Source: Camelus dromedarius
Taxonomy: Eukaryota
Assembly: GCF_036321535.1 (NCBI RefSeq)
Contig: NC_087436.1
Location: forward strand, 107,882,001 to 107,946,000
DNA length: 64,000 nucleotides
Direction: 5' to 3'
Of this stretch, positions 1-11,329 are shown piece after piece. The position numbers and the translations under genes were made by a program. Numbering within the stretch: position 1 is the stretch's first letter; every line of letters begins with the position of its first letter. A model generated the notes under the pieces. It did not search any database and was not told where the DNA came from. It worked only from the letters and a program-made list of their open reading frames with translations.

Positions 1-1543
1 CCTTCATCCACCTGGGCTTATGAGTGAGAATGTTTACCACATGCATCTAAACCAACTGGGCAGCCACCTCAGGAGAGGCAGTGGGCATCAATGGCTGCTA
101 AAACAGGATAGTCTGAAGTGTCTACCAGTAAGACCAAAGGGAACCCTGAAACTTAGTGGTCAGGGTGTTGCGGAGGGTCACCTGCACGTACGGGTTGAAC
201 TGAGCAGGCCTCAGCGGGGGCACTGGGGTTTGAACATCTCTGTTAATTTTTCTTTCTCCTCCCTCAGTAGCTTCAGGAGGTCAGAACTGAACACCCGCCT
301 TCCCTGCTACATCCACAGGTGGTATGCAGATCAGCCTCAGTCATGCTCCAAGGGGGCTTCCAAAGCGTAGTGCGTTCACCCTGTGAAACCAGTGAGGTGT
401 TTTTGACTGTGCACTGTGCCTTGAGGTGTAGCAGAAAGAATAACCCAGAACCAACAACAAACCATTCATCCTTTTACTCAACAGATTTTTTTGTTGAGTG
501 TCTATTTTGTCCTTGGCACAGAATCTGGCATTAGATACTAATGTGATTCTCAGTCCTGCTGGAGACTATGGTTGTGTGTGTGTTCGGACATGGTCGCCAG
601 ACGATTAAACACATGCAAATTGTGTACTTACAATTTATGATAAATCCTGGGTAAAAGAGGAACAAAGAGCTCTGAGAGAGAGAAAGGAGTGAGGCAAAAG
701 GAAGGATGCATCTCTCTTAACTTTATTCTGGGCCATGAGGAACTGTGCGCCTGTTCCTGTTAGAAGGCTCACATCATGCTTTGGGCTCTCTTGTAATTTT
801 GTACACTGCTGTTCATTATTGGAAAATGACCTTTAATCCCAAGCATGGTTTGTACTCATTTCCAACACTCTAAATCTTTGGCATTTGGGTTAGTTACCGA
901 AAGCAATGATTATGTTTTACTTTTACCATCTGCTTAGTTATTGATCCATGATGACATGCCATTAGCTCAATTTCTATCAATTAAAAAAGTAATGTTCTCC
1001 TGCTCACCTAGCATCCCAAATTGTCTCATTAACACTACTCATCTGATGACACTTATTGTTAGGCCCCCTGGGCTTTTAATTCATTGGACAGATGGATCAT
1101 TCTAAGTTGTTTGAAGATCTAACGTATAAAAATATGCAGATTACTAGGGTCTTTTTCACACACCATCACATTTAAATCTCACTTCACTGTGGAGAAGACA
1201 TGCTCTTCCCATCTTATAGATGAGAAAACAGTAAACAAATTTAAACATCAACTGAAAGTTACACAAATACAACTGGCAAATGTAAAAACCCAGCTCATCC
1301 AACTCGAGTCACTGATGGTTTCCATGTTGGTCCAGTTTTTTCTGTTATTCCTGCAGGTGAGTTTTCAGGCCCAGCAGCCTCCTCCTTTCACACTTTGATT
1401 ATTCTTGCCCTGATGTATTTTATTGATGATCTTTAGACTTTTCCGTTTGGACTCATTTTTATTTATGCTCCTTAGCCAGTAGTTCCAGATTATCAACTGC
1501 CCAGAGGGGCTGGTGGCATTGGTAAGATACTTCGTCTCCTGTT

Positions 1544-1862
1544 ACCTCAGTCTTTTCTTCTGTAAAATGGGCATTTGGTAGTACCTTCTTCATATAACTA
1601 TTATATGAGATAGTTCATGGTACATATAATATATGTTTTTAAAAGTGTCTGCCACATAAGAAGTGTCCAGGGAGAGGGTATAGCTCAAGAGGTTAAGCGT
1701 ATGCTTAGCACGTACGAGGTCCACGGTTCCAACCCCAGTACCTCCATCGAAAAACTAACTAAATAAATAAACATAATTACCTCCCCCTGCAAAAAAAGAA
1801 AAAGAAAAGAATAGAAAAGGGTTTATCTTACTTAAAAAAAAGTGTACAGCAAATGCTAGTTT
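1544..1862 (+). mobile_element. MIR SINE (interrupted by the younger SINE)
   Basis: MIR core CCTCAGT...TCTGTAAAATGGG followed by a 3' part (GTGTCTGCCACATAAG...CAGCAAATGCTAG) that is split by the SINE. Confidence 0.7.
1671..1839 (+). mobile_element. tRNA-derived SINE (camelid vic-1-like), inserted into a MIR
   Basis: tRNA-like head GGAGAGGGTATAGCTCAAGAGGTTAAGCG...GGTTCCAACCCCAGTACCTCCA with A-box/B-box, a TAAA-rich segment, a CCTCCCCC motif and an A-rich tail. Imperfect TSD AAGTGTCCAG (1661-1670) / AAGTGTACAG (1840-1849). Confidence 0.85.
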
Positions 1863-3489
1863 TTCATCTTTATCTTTCAGTGTTAGAAAGAAACTCATTT
1901 TTTCCCCAAACATGGCTTTGCAATGTCTAAATAGTATTAAAAACTCTGTTATTCAAGAAGGAATACTCCATGTTATGGGTTATCTCTTATTCACTACAAT
2001 CCCTTTACCCTTTAGAGGCCATCAAAATGCCTAACCCTCCAAGCACAAGAACTGGGTTGAAAGAAGCTGAGTTGTCCAAAAAAGCTCCAGACTCCTCCTG
2101 CCAAAACCTTCAAAACTCTTCTTTAGAAGGTTTTTCTCAGTCCCTGATTTCCTGTATAAATGAGCTTGTTCCATTCTGAGTAGTTTTAAACGGAGGCTGG
2201 ATTTGGACTGTTGAACTGGCCCAGTTGTCAACGGCGGGTTTCAGTAACTGCCCTGGCTTGGAAACTGCAGGCAAGAGGCACTGCGCACCATCCATCTCAT
2301 CTTCCTTTTTCCAGAAAAAATAGGGAGAAGACATCAGTACTCTTTCTTTATCCTAATCCCGTCTAAAGCCTCTGACACTCTTATTATAAAACATCTCCAC
2401 AAGAGAAGCCAGAAGATGCTTGACTTGCTAAGGTTTAGAATGCCAGCCAGAATTGTAAAGGCAGCAGAGTTGAAACAATTGATTAAAAGGAGCTACTCGG
2501 ATGAGCAGATACCATTTACTCTTTCCTACCCTCTTTCTTCATAGGAACTCAACAGAGACTGAACCGTGTAGTCAAGAAAGTAAGGTTTGTGAACTTCAGA
2601 TTTCTGCCTCTGCATGTTGGCTTTGCCAATGATCAGACTTGTAATCTCAAATCACTGCTCTAAACCTGGGTGTCCTCATTTGTCAATTGGAAGGGAACTC
2701 TGCTACCTTGGAGGCAGTTAGGCATAATAAAAAGTGCCAATTGCAGAACTTGACATGTGATAGATGCTCAAAGATGGTAGCTCTTATTATCTGGAGCTAT
2801 CAATTGCGTGTAACTTTAGTCTGCAAAATAAAATGATGTTAATTTTCAAAGAGCAAATCTTAAATACAGGAACAAGGAACTGCTTGTTAATCCTTGCAAG
2901 AAGGTCACTAATGATCTCCTGGCTCCTAAATACAATGGATAAATTATTTCAGGGCTCCATGGACTTGACATCTTGTATCTCTTGTTACTGTAGCCACTGC
3001 CTCTTTGGAAAATTATCTTTTCTTGGTTTCCATGGCACGGGGCTGGCCAGAATTCTGATAAAATGCATTTGAAAATTGACTCCAATTCTGTGCCCAGTCC
3101 CGGGGGCAAACTAATGTGATGATCTACAGGAGGAGTGATAGGGTGGGGGAGATGGAATTAGAAAATGCTCTCTCCTCCCCACCCCACACCTTGTGATTAT
3201 TTGGGACTTTTTCAGTTTATTGTATAATCAGTTGATATAATTTCCACTGTCTGTCTTTAGCAGTGTGGGTTTTTTTTTTTTTTGTGATTGTGCATAATGA
3301 TTGAGATATATATATATATTTCCCTGTCTACCTCACAGTGACACAAACTTCCATTCATTAAGAAGCTGCATTTTTCAAGATTGGATTTTTGCACCCCATT
3401 CACCATATTCAGCCAGAGTTCAACACTATTTGTATTGTGCAGGGTCCTGCACTAGAATCTTTGCTCATTTTGCACTTCATGATTAGGGG

Positions 3490-3690
3490 CAAGGGTTCTG
3501 GAAACAGATTACCCAGGTTTGAATGCTGGCTTTAACTCCTTGTAACTGTGCCTTAATTTTCTCATCTGTAAAATGGGTGTAATAAGAATATTACCCGGTT
3601 GGATTGTTGTGACATATGAATTTGTTAAATTATGTGAAGTGTTTTAAAATTGTCCCCAGTATAAAATAAGATGCTAATAAATGCTATTAT
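3490..3690 (+). mobile_element. MIR SINE
   Basis: GGTTTGAATGCTGGCT...TTTTCTCATCTGTAAAATGGG...GATGCTAATAAATGCTA core and 3' end. Confidence 0.75.
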
Positions 3691-3719
3691 TAATATTAAT
3701 ATTCCACATATTCTCCCTG

Positions 3720-4560
3720 GACAATCTTTTCCATACACAGATGATTTTCATTTACAGATCTGTTTCTTCAACCCAATCCCTCTCTGGAATTCAAGGCTTA
3801 TTCCCACGTCACAGTGGATATGTTCATTTGGGTGTAGCCCTTTAGGCTTCTCAAACTCAACACACACAAATCAAAAGACACCCTTTCCTTCCCCAAAATG
3901 CCTCCACTCTGTGACTTCCCAGTTCAGGTAATGATACCATCATCCAAGCATCTAAACCAAAAACTTGGTGTCATCATGACCCCTTTATCATTTTCTAGTC
4001 TTCATGTCCTGTCTACTAAATATCTTTCCTGTGTGCCTTTTCCTCATCCCCACTGGCCTCTATTTTAGCTCAGGCCTTCATACTTTGGTCACTGCAAGAT
4101 CCTTGCAAATGATCACCCTCCTTGCAGTGTTGCCTGATCTAGTCCTTTCTCTCCATGGCAGCCAGAGTGATGAAGATAAAGCCAGAATCTGAACCTATTA
4201 ATCGCCGGATTGAACCTTTCAATGGGCTTCTAATGTCTCTGATTAAAGCCTAAAGCTAGAGCTTGGTTTTCAGAACTTCACAGGACCGCCAAAGTTCCCC
4301 TTTCCTGCCCCAGAACTTGGCTGTTGGTGCTGCAGCCCAGGGAGCCATTTGCAGCTCTCTGTACCATTCACTCTCTCAATTCCTAGTGTTTTGCATATGT
4401 GACTCTTGTACAGGGAGTGTGCCTGTCCTTTCCTCCTCTTCAGGTAGCTAACTCTTTGTCCCTTTGGATTTGGATTTGGCATTAGTTCCTCTGTGAAAGC
4501 TTCTCTAATCCCCAAGAGTGAGTTAGGAGTTCTTCCCAAATCTTCCCACAGCACAGGACT
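3720..4560 (+). mobile_element. L2 LINE fragments
   Basis: Degenerate L2-type motifs (CAGTGGATATGTTCATTTGG, CTCAAACTCAACA, AAACTTGGTGTCATC, GCAGCCAGAGTGAT). Confidence 0.6.
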
Positions 4561-4718
4561 CAGCCCTGTGTGGCAGCTGCGCTACTGTGCAGTGGGTGTC
4601 CCCACTGGCTATTGAGCCAGACTGCCTGGTATGAGTCCTGGCTCGGTCACTAGCTTGGTAAGTGTGGACTAGTCCCCTAACCTCTCTGTGCCTCTCAGAC
4701 GTATTGATAGTACCTCCC

Positions 4719-5174
4719 TGGTAGGCTGAGAAAGAGGTCATAAACTCTTCCCCTCCCTGTTTATAGCCTTTGTAATTTCCCCCTTCAAAGGTAGAGGCTT
4801 CCTTCACCCCTTGAATCTGAACTGGCTTGGTGACTTGACAAAGCCAATGGGACAGGAGCAAATGTGTCCTCAACAGAGGCTTAAAAAGTGTTGTGCATTG
4901 GCACCTACTCTGCAGCTGCTCTTAAGAACTCTGCAACCATCACCAGCTGAACAAATCCAGGCTAGTCTGCTGGAGAGAGGGTCCAGTTATCCCCACAACT
5001 CAGCCAACTGCATGCCACGTGAGATGGCTACATCACTGCCAGCGGACCACGGAGGCATGAGAAGCCTGACTGAGCACCACCTAAGCTGGCAGACCACAGA
5101 ACTGCAAGCTGAATGATTGCTATGTGACGCCACTAAGTTTGAGGGGAGCTTTCTTATATGGCAAAACTGATACA
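4719..5174 (+). mobile_element. MaLR solo LTR (MLT1H/MLT1G-like) nested in a MIR
   Basis: CCCCTTGAATCTGAACTGGCTTGGTGACTTG...GCCAAT and the terminal GCCACTAAGTTTGAGGGG...AACTGATACA are typical of old MLT1 LTRs. MIR-like sequence lies on both sides (about 4580-4718 and 5175-5230). Confidence 0.75.
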
Positions 5175-7738
5175 TGCTCTTATGGGGTTATGAGGGTTAG
5201 ATACATTAACACCTGCCTGTGCACTTCCAAAGTGCAACAATTACCTCTTCTTGCTGCAGTTGTTTACTTACTTGTCTGGGGCCACTCCTAGACTGCCAGC
5301 TCCTCGAAGGCAGGAGCTTTCCACTTTCTTCCATTACATAACGCAGTGCCTGACTTGATACATGTTGAATGGATGAATAAACACTCTTGAGATTTGGTTG
5401 ATGAGCAGAGCACCTGCTTATAAGTAAAGAAGTCGGGTTCAGAGATGATGAAGTGTGCCTAGTCATTTGCACATATCCGTCAGTCTGACCTCTGTATATT
5501 ATTAAGAATATTGAAGTTGATAATATCAACACTAATCTGCTACCAACATTTTCCCAGTATAATCTTATTGCTACTTACGCAGTTATGCTAATTTACCCAT
5601 CCAAGTATTCCTTTTCCTGGGGGGAAAAGAGATTGTTCAAATAATTTATGAATTTTGTTTCACTAAACTTTGGCTATACATGAATGAATGGAGGAGAATA
5701 TTTTGATAGCTATTCTAATTGCTGTGAATAAAATTTAGGTCCTTACCAAAAGTCAATAAAGGAAACAAAATATGAATGACTTGTCATGTCAGATAACCTT
5801 GTTCCTCAGTAGTCCAGTCACAGCACAACCTTATCTCTTTATCTACATGTTCTCCAGCCATGCCCTGAAATCTCACTGAATTTGCCAGTTGGTGTTTGCC
5901 ACCATGATTAGAATGTAACTTTCATCGCATTTCCCCGAACACTTCACATCTGAACGTGCTTGTTTTATAAGCACTCACCATCCCAACATAGTTAGATTTT
6001 CATTGTTTGATACCATTTGTTAACCTCACCCATTCAAAAGATTCTGGGCTTCTCAAAATCTAATGGCATTGAGACTTTGAAGGTCCCGCTCAGTCTTCCT
6101 TTGTCCTCTCCTTTGTCTATCTGTTGACAGGTTGTTAACTAACACCCAAACTTGAGCATCAACTACTTCAGCTGTTTTGACAAGTGTCATGCAGCATTTT
6201 CACTATTCAATTTTGACAGGTTGTCAAACCTACTTTTGAGTTACCCATGCTCAGAACTGTGGCCAGTTTTTTTTTTTTTAACCTTAATCCGAAAAAAGTA
6301 GATTCTTGTTTTCCCTGTAACATTTCTAACTTACAGAAAGAATTTTAATTTTACTAATACATTTTAAGACAAAAAATTGAACATATGTTAAAAATGTTAA
6401 TTTTTTGAAAAATCTTAACTATATCAAGTTAAATTCCTTATCAACAATATAATGCAAAAATGTTATAAAATAATAAAATATTATAAAAAGTAAAAACCAC
6501 ACACACGTAAACAAAGAAATGCATTTTTCTCCTTTAATCTGTTTGATTCAGGTATTTGAAAAAAATTAGTTCTTTAGAGTGAAATTCAGTCTTCAGCTAT
6601 GTCTAACTTTTGATTAAAAAGAGCCCTCTAGAAATAGGTTCACTCAGTTACAGTGAAATCATTTTAAAAGTTTCACTCAAACTGCTAATAGATAACCGAG
6701 CAGATTCTTACTCAGCAAGAACCCACTTTGTGTCTAAAGGCAGTACAAAGAGCAGTTAAGGAAAATACTAGGATACAAGGTACAAGGTGGTGTGGAACTT
6801 AACGAACAGATCCCCCAATTAGAGCACATAGTTTAAATACAGAACCTAGAGATATGGAATTTAGGTAAAGCCTTTCCAGCATTCACTTCCTTAATGATTT
6901 AACTTTAAGTTGTTGCAGGGCTCCCAGGTTAAATAAGTTTCTATTCCAAAGCAAATCCCCTCATCACCTCTCCTGCCACGTAGAGTGTCGTGGATTTCCT
7001 GAAGTCCGCAAGTCAGGGGAAATGCAGCTTAGCGATATAATAACTTTGCATTTATAAATGGACTTATCCTGAGGACGAAGTTGCAAGGCAAATCTGAATT
7101 TTGGTGCTGAGAGAATTGCAGTTCATTTGGCAGGACTCCAGCTTATATAAACTTGGCAAGGCTTATAGCACTGAGTGTTGGAGGATGTCAGATGATGAAG
7201 GTTTGTGTCCTGGCTGTATCCCATGCTCCTTGTGAAAATTTGAGTAAGTAGCTTACTTTCCATGGGCTTTAGTTTTTTTCATCTGCAAAATGGGGTAATA
7301 AAATCTGACCTGTCCACCTTTCAGAGTTGTAAATACCACGCCAGCTACTGAATATAGAAATCCTACAGGAATGTCAGATTTCAGCTTTCTGCCCTAAGAC
7401 GTTTACCTCATTTTTATCTCATTGTGGCATATTAATGGGAGGATCTCAAGGTAGATTGTTTTCCCTGATTATTATAATTATGAGAGATCAAGAATCGCAA
7501 AGCAATTTGGGGGTGTAGTCAGATGATCAAGGCTGTGGGTATTTGCTGCTTGAAACCAAATGAGACAATAAACAATTATATCCATCTGAGTAGAGACTGA
7601 CACAAAGATTAAGCAGGGTCATCCCACTTGGGGGGAAGTGCAGTGAATTGGTTGTGATTACAGCACCAACCTCCTCTCATGCCCAGGGAGCACTGGGTGC
7701 CTCCAAGGAGGCAGTAAACGGAACTGTCTTGATGCACA

Positions 7739-7873
7739 GTGCCTCATTTTGATATGCATACCTGGAACCACTTGATGATGATATTAAAAAGGGGACACAA
7801 ATTCTGAATTTCTGAAAAGCTCCTAGATGCCGCAGGTGCTGCTGGACTGCAGACCACACTTCGGTTACCTCTG
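7739..7873. mobile_element. MER5A-like hAT-Charlie DNA transposon fragment
   Basis: AAGCTCCTAGATGCCGCAGGTGCTGCTGGACTGCAGACCACACTT resembles the MER5A end. Confidence 0.6.
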
Positions 7874-7912
7874 CTACAGGGTAGTGACTTCTCCAAGTAT
7901 GGTCTTAGGGTG

Positions 7913-8148
7913 TCTATTAGTCTGCTGGAGCTACCGTAACAAAATTCCATAGACTGCGTGGCTTAGACAACAGGAATTTATTTTTTCACAGTTCTGGAGA
8001 CTAGAAGTCCAAGATCAAGGTTAGGGCAGGATTTGGCTTCTGGGGAAGGCTCTCTTCCTGGCTTGCAGACGGTGGCTTTGTCCTCATCTGGCCTTCCCTC
8101 TGAGGGATCGCTCTCTCTCCTCCTTTTTATAAGGCCACCAGTTCTATC
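7913..8148 (-). mobile_element. MaLR LTR fragment (MLT1A/B/C-like)
   Basis: TATTAGTCTGCTGGAGCTACCGTAACAAAATTCCATAGACTG...CACAGTTCTGGAGACTAGAAGTCCAAGATCAAGG is the reverse-strand MLT1 3' end. Confidence 0.8.
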
Positions 8149-8149
8149 T

Positions 8150-8335
8150 GAAACTGTGGACTTTAGTTAATAACAGTGTCTTGTTGGTTCATCTGTAACA
8201 AATGTGCCACACTAATGCAAGATGTTAATAACAGGGAAAACTGGGCAGGGGGAGAGGAGGTGTGTGGAAACTGTGTGCTTTTTGCTCAGTTTTTCTGTAA
8301 GCCTAAAGCTGCTTTAAAAAAATAAAAATTTTTAG
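8150..8335 (+). mobile_element. Old L1 3' terminus (L1MB/L1MC-like)
   Basis: TGTAACAAATGTGCCACACTAATGCAAGATGTTAATAACAGGGAAAACTGG...TTTTCTGTAAGCCTAAAGCTGCTTTAAAAAAATAAA. Confidence 0.75.
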
Positions 8336-8469
8336 TTAAAAAATAATTAGATCCCAAGACCTTTACCCCAAACTTAGTGAATCTTGGAGGCTGAAGCATA
8401 AGTGCTTTCAAATCAGCCCTTGGTGATTCTTGTGTGAGCTGTGGTTTCAGAGCCATCAGGTAGCAAATG

Positions 8470-9270
8470 AAAGCTCTAGTTCTGTGACCAGATAAATGTG
8501 GGTTCAAACCTCAACTGTACCTCTTCACAGCCTGCTGATCTTGGGCTACTTTCCCTCTACTCAGCGTCTCTGACTCTTAGTCTCATTTTAAAGTCAGGAT
8601 AAGAACACCTCTGTAAAGGGGTTCTTCTGAGTATTAAGTGATACGCTGACGCAGGGTTTTTAACCCAGAGCATGCGTAGTAAGTGCTCAATAAATACTAA
8701 ATACTAGAATTTTCTTTTATTGATGTTGCTTAAGTTCTGGTGAGCAAGGGAGGGTTGTGCTGAAATGGGAGGGGCTTTCAGCAAGGAAAAGACAATAAAA
8801 GTAATAGGCAATAAAAGATCAAGCCAATGAAAAAACTAATCCTGCTTCAACATTCCAGGGTTTATATATAGCTTCTCTTTCGTTACCTGACTTGATCCTG
8901 ACAGTGACCTTGCAAAGCAGAAATTCCTCTCTGAACAGATGAGGCATGGATGCTTAGAAACAATCAGCAGATTTCGGGAAGGACACAGAGCTGGGAAATG
9001 TCAGAGCTCAGAGTCTCTAAATCCTAGTCCAGGGTGATAGTTCAGTGTAGTAATTAAGTTTGAGGGCTCTTGAGTCAGACTGGTGGGTCCCCATCTCAGA
9101 AATACTGATTACTGTTGGTGAAAAGTTGGCAAACCAGTTCACCCCCCTGAGTTGTTATATCTTCACTAGTTAAATATGGATGACAACAGTGCTTATCTCT
9201 TAGTGTTTTGTAAAGATTAAATAATGTTCATAAAATCTGGGATTAAAGGCTAGCATATTGCGAGTTTACT
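8470..9270. mobile_element. Cluster of MIR SINEs (mixed orientation)
   Basis: GTAGTAAGTGCTCAATAAATA 3' end (~8690), a reverse core ACAGATGAGGCATGGATGCTTAGA (~8940) and another MIR-like copy at about 9045-9270. Confidence 0.65.
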
Positions 9271-10019
9271 ATGTCTCCATCCATTTTTTAAGATTTCCTT
9301 GAGGGGACAGTATGCATTCATGTTACCCAGAGAGTAATAGAGGTTTAGTCATAGAAGATGTAGGAACTCCCGTGCTTATGTCTTGGGGGACTGAAGCGGT
9401 GGAGGGGAGCTGGGATTGCTGCAGCTTTTAAGGAGGGGCAGTGGGCTGGCACAATGTGCTGTGGCATTTGAATCTCTTCTGTATAACCATTTGGGACATA
9501 CGAAGTGCCAATAATACAGTATAAGCAAGGCAGAGTCACTGTGGCCCTTCAGTCCCAATTATCAGAAATGACAGTAAAGGTGGCAGCAAAAAGATGATTT
9601 TCCCCGTGATATTTGGCAATGACTGAGGATCCACATAAAGAGGTTCTTTCAGCATAACGAAATTCATTTCATAATAGTCACGATCCCAAGATTGTAAGTA
9701 TTTTAGAAACAATTTATCACAAAGCTGTTCTTGAGCAGTGTTTACCCGATTTTCTTGCTGTCTTTACTAGCCCAGGGACAAACACCTAGCAGGATCAAAA
9801 TAGACAGATACTCATTGGATAAAACCTTGAGAAGTGGGTTGGCCCAACAAAATAGTCTGTGTATTTTGCAGATGGAAGAGGAGTTGTATATTATTTCCCA
9901 CACTGTGAAGGAACGTTGGGCAGACCTGATGCCTTTTCTTCTTTGAGTTCATCATGATAAAATAAGATGATGATGATGACAGCAGACTATCAGGGTAGTA
10001 TAATGGTAGCTCCCACTGA

Positions 10020-10540
10020 GCTGTCCCTATATGCCAGGAACCTTGCTGGATGAAGCGTATGTTGCTTCATTTAATCTTTCCAACAGTTAATTGAAGTAGA
10101 CACCTTTATTGTCTACCTTTCGGAGATGAGAAAGGGAGGTTAAGTTACTAGCCCTTGGACATACAACTAGTAACAGTTGGAAGTGGGATTCTGACCCAGT
10201 CTGCTGGACCCGAGTCCACACAGCTTTAGAAGTTATGTGATAGAAAATGATAGAATTTAGAGCTGGACAGGTGTTAGTGATCATCTACAGAGTAAAAGTT
10301 ATGAGAATGGTTTCTGGAAGGAGTTGCTGCAGAATTACAGATTCCTGTGTGCCAGGCACTGCCCTAAGCCCTTGACATCTATCAATTCCCTTAAATCCTC
10401 CTCACAACAAACTAATAAAATAGGTAACATTATTATCCCGTTGTTACAACTGATGTAAATAATTTGCACCAGATCGCAGAATTATAAGTAGTAAACTAGG
10501 ATTTTAACCCAGGTGATGATGGTATTCATCTTAACCATGA
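10020..10540 (-). mobile_element. Two MIR SINEs
   Basis: TGTGCCAGGCACTGCCCTAAG, AGATGAGAAA...GGTTAAGTTACTAGCCC and GGATTCTGACCCAG motifs. Confidence 0.7.
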
Positions 10541-11329
10541 ACTGAAAGGAAAGTAAGAGGCATCACAAGAGATCAAGTGAGTCACTCGTGGGATTCGGAT
10601 TGGGAAGAAGAGCAAGGAAGTGTCAGCTGAGCCGTTCTTGGAGTAAGGGGCAAGGTTTCAGCTGGTGGAAGTGTCTAAGCGTGGGGGTGGGGCGGCAGGA
10701 CAGGAAGAATGGATAGTTTTGCAAACACTTGGAAAAGGATTCCATCCAAATCATGGCCAATTGAGCAGCTGAGAGTGGGAGGGAATTTTATTTCGGTTAA
10801 AATAGAGAACTGGTCAACTTGACCGTATTTCTCAAAATATGCTTCGGACACTTGACTCTTGGGGACAGAGAAATCAGCATTTTAATTTTGGTTTTCTCAG
10901 GTAGTAACCATGGCTACAAGTGGTTTATTGATTTGTGTTTATCTTTCTAAATGCTCCAGGCTTTGGTTTTGTTAAGAGGGCAAATGACACTGCGTGATGA
11001 ATGCCCACGGGGGCGGTGAGCGCTGGCTTCCTGTGGAGCTGCCAGGGAGCCCTCAGATAAAACTTTCCCCATGGATGCCTGTCTGAAATGTCTCCCAGAC
11101 TCCTCCATTCTCTGTCTCCAAGTGGCATCCTCATTTCAGCCTTGCCCCGCACACCTTGGTGTCAATAGCCAGCCTTTCCCGACACCTAGCCAAGTCCCAA
11201 GACTGGCTCTGGCTTCAGTTGGGAAAGTTTCCTGTCTAGGAGTTCAGGACTTCCTGGCGCTCTGCCCGGTTCTGGAGAAGGGCATCTCCTTGCACTTGCC
11301 TTCTGGTGTCCTTCGAACTCAGCCTAACT

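Noticed and set aside
241..330. Polypyrimidine tract with tandem CAGTAG acceptor, suggesting an upstream exon
   Set aside because: No convincing downstream donor or recognisable reading frame; such tracts are common by chance.
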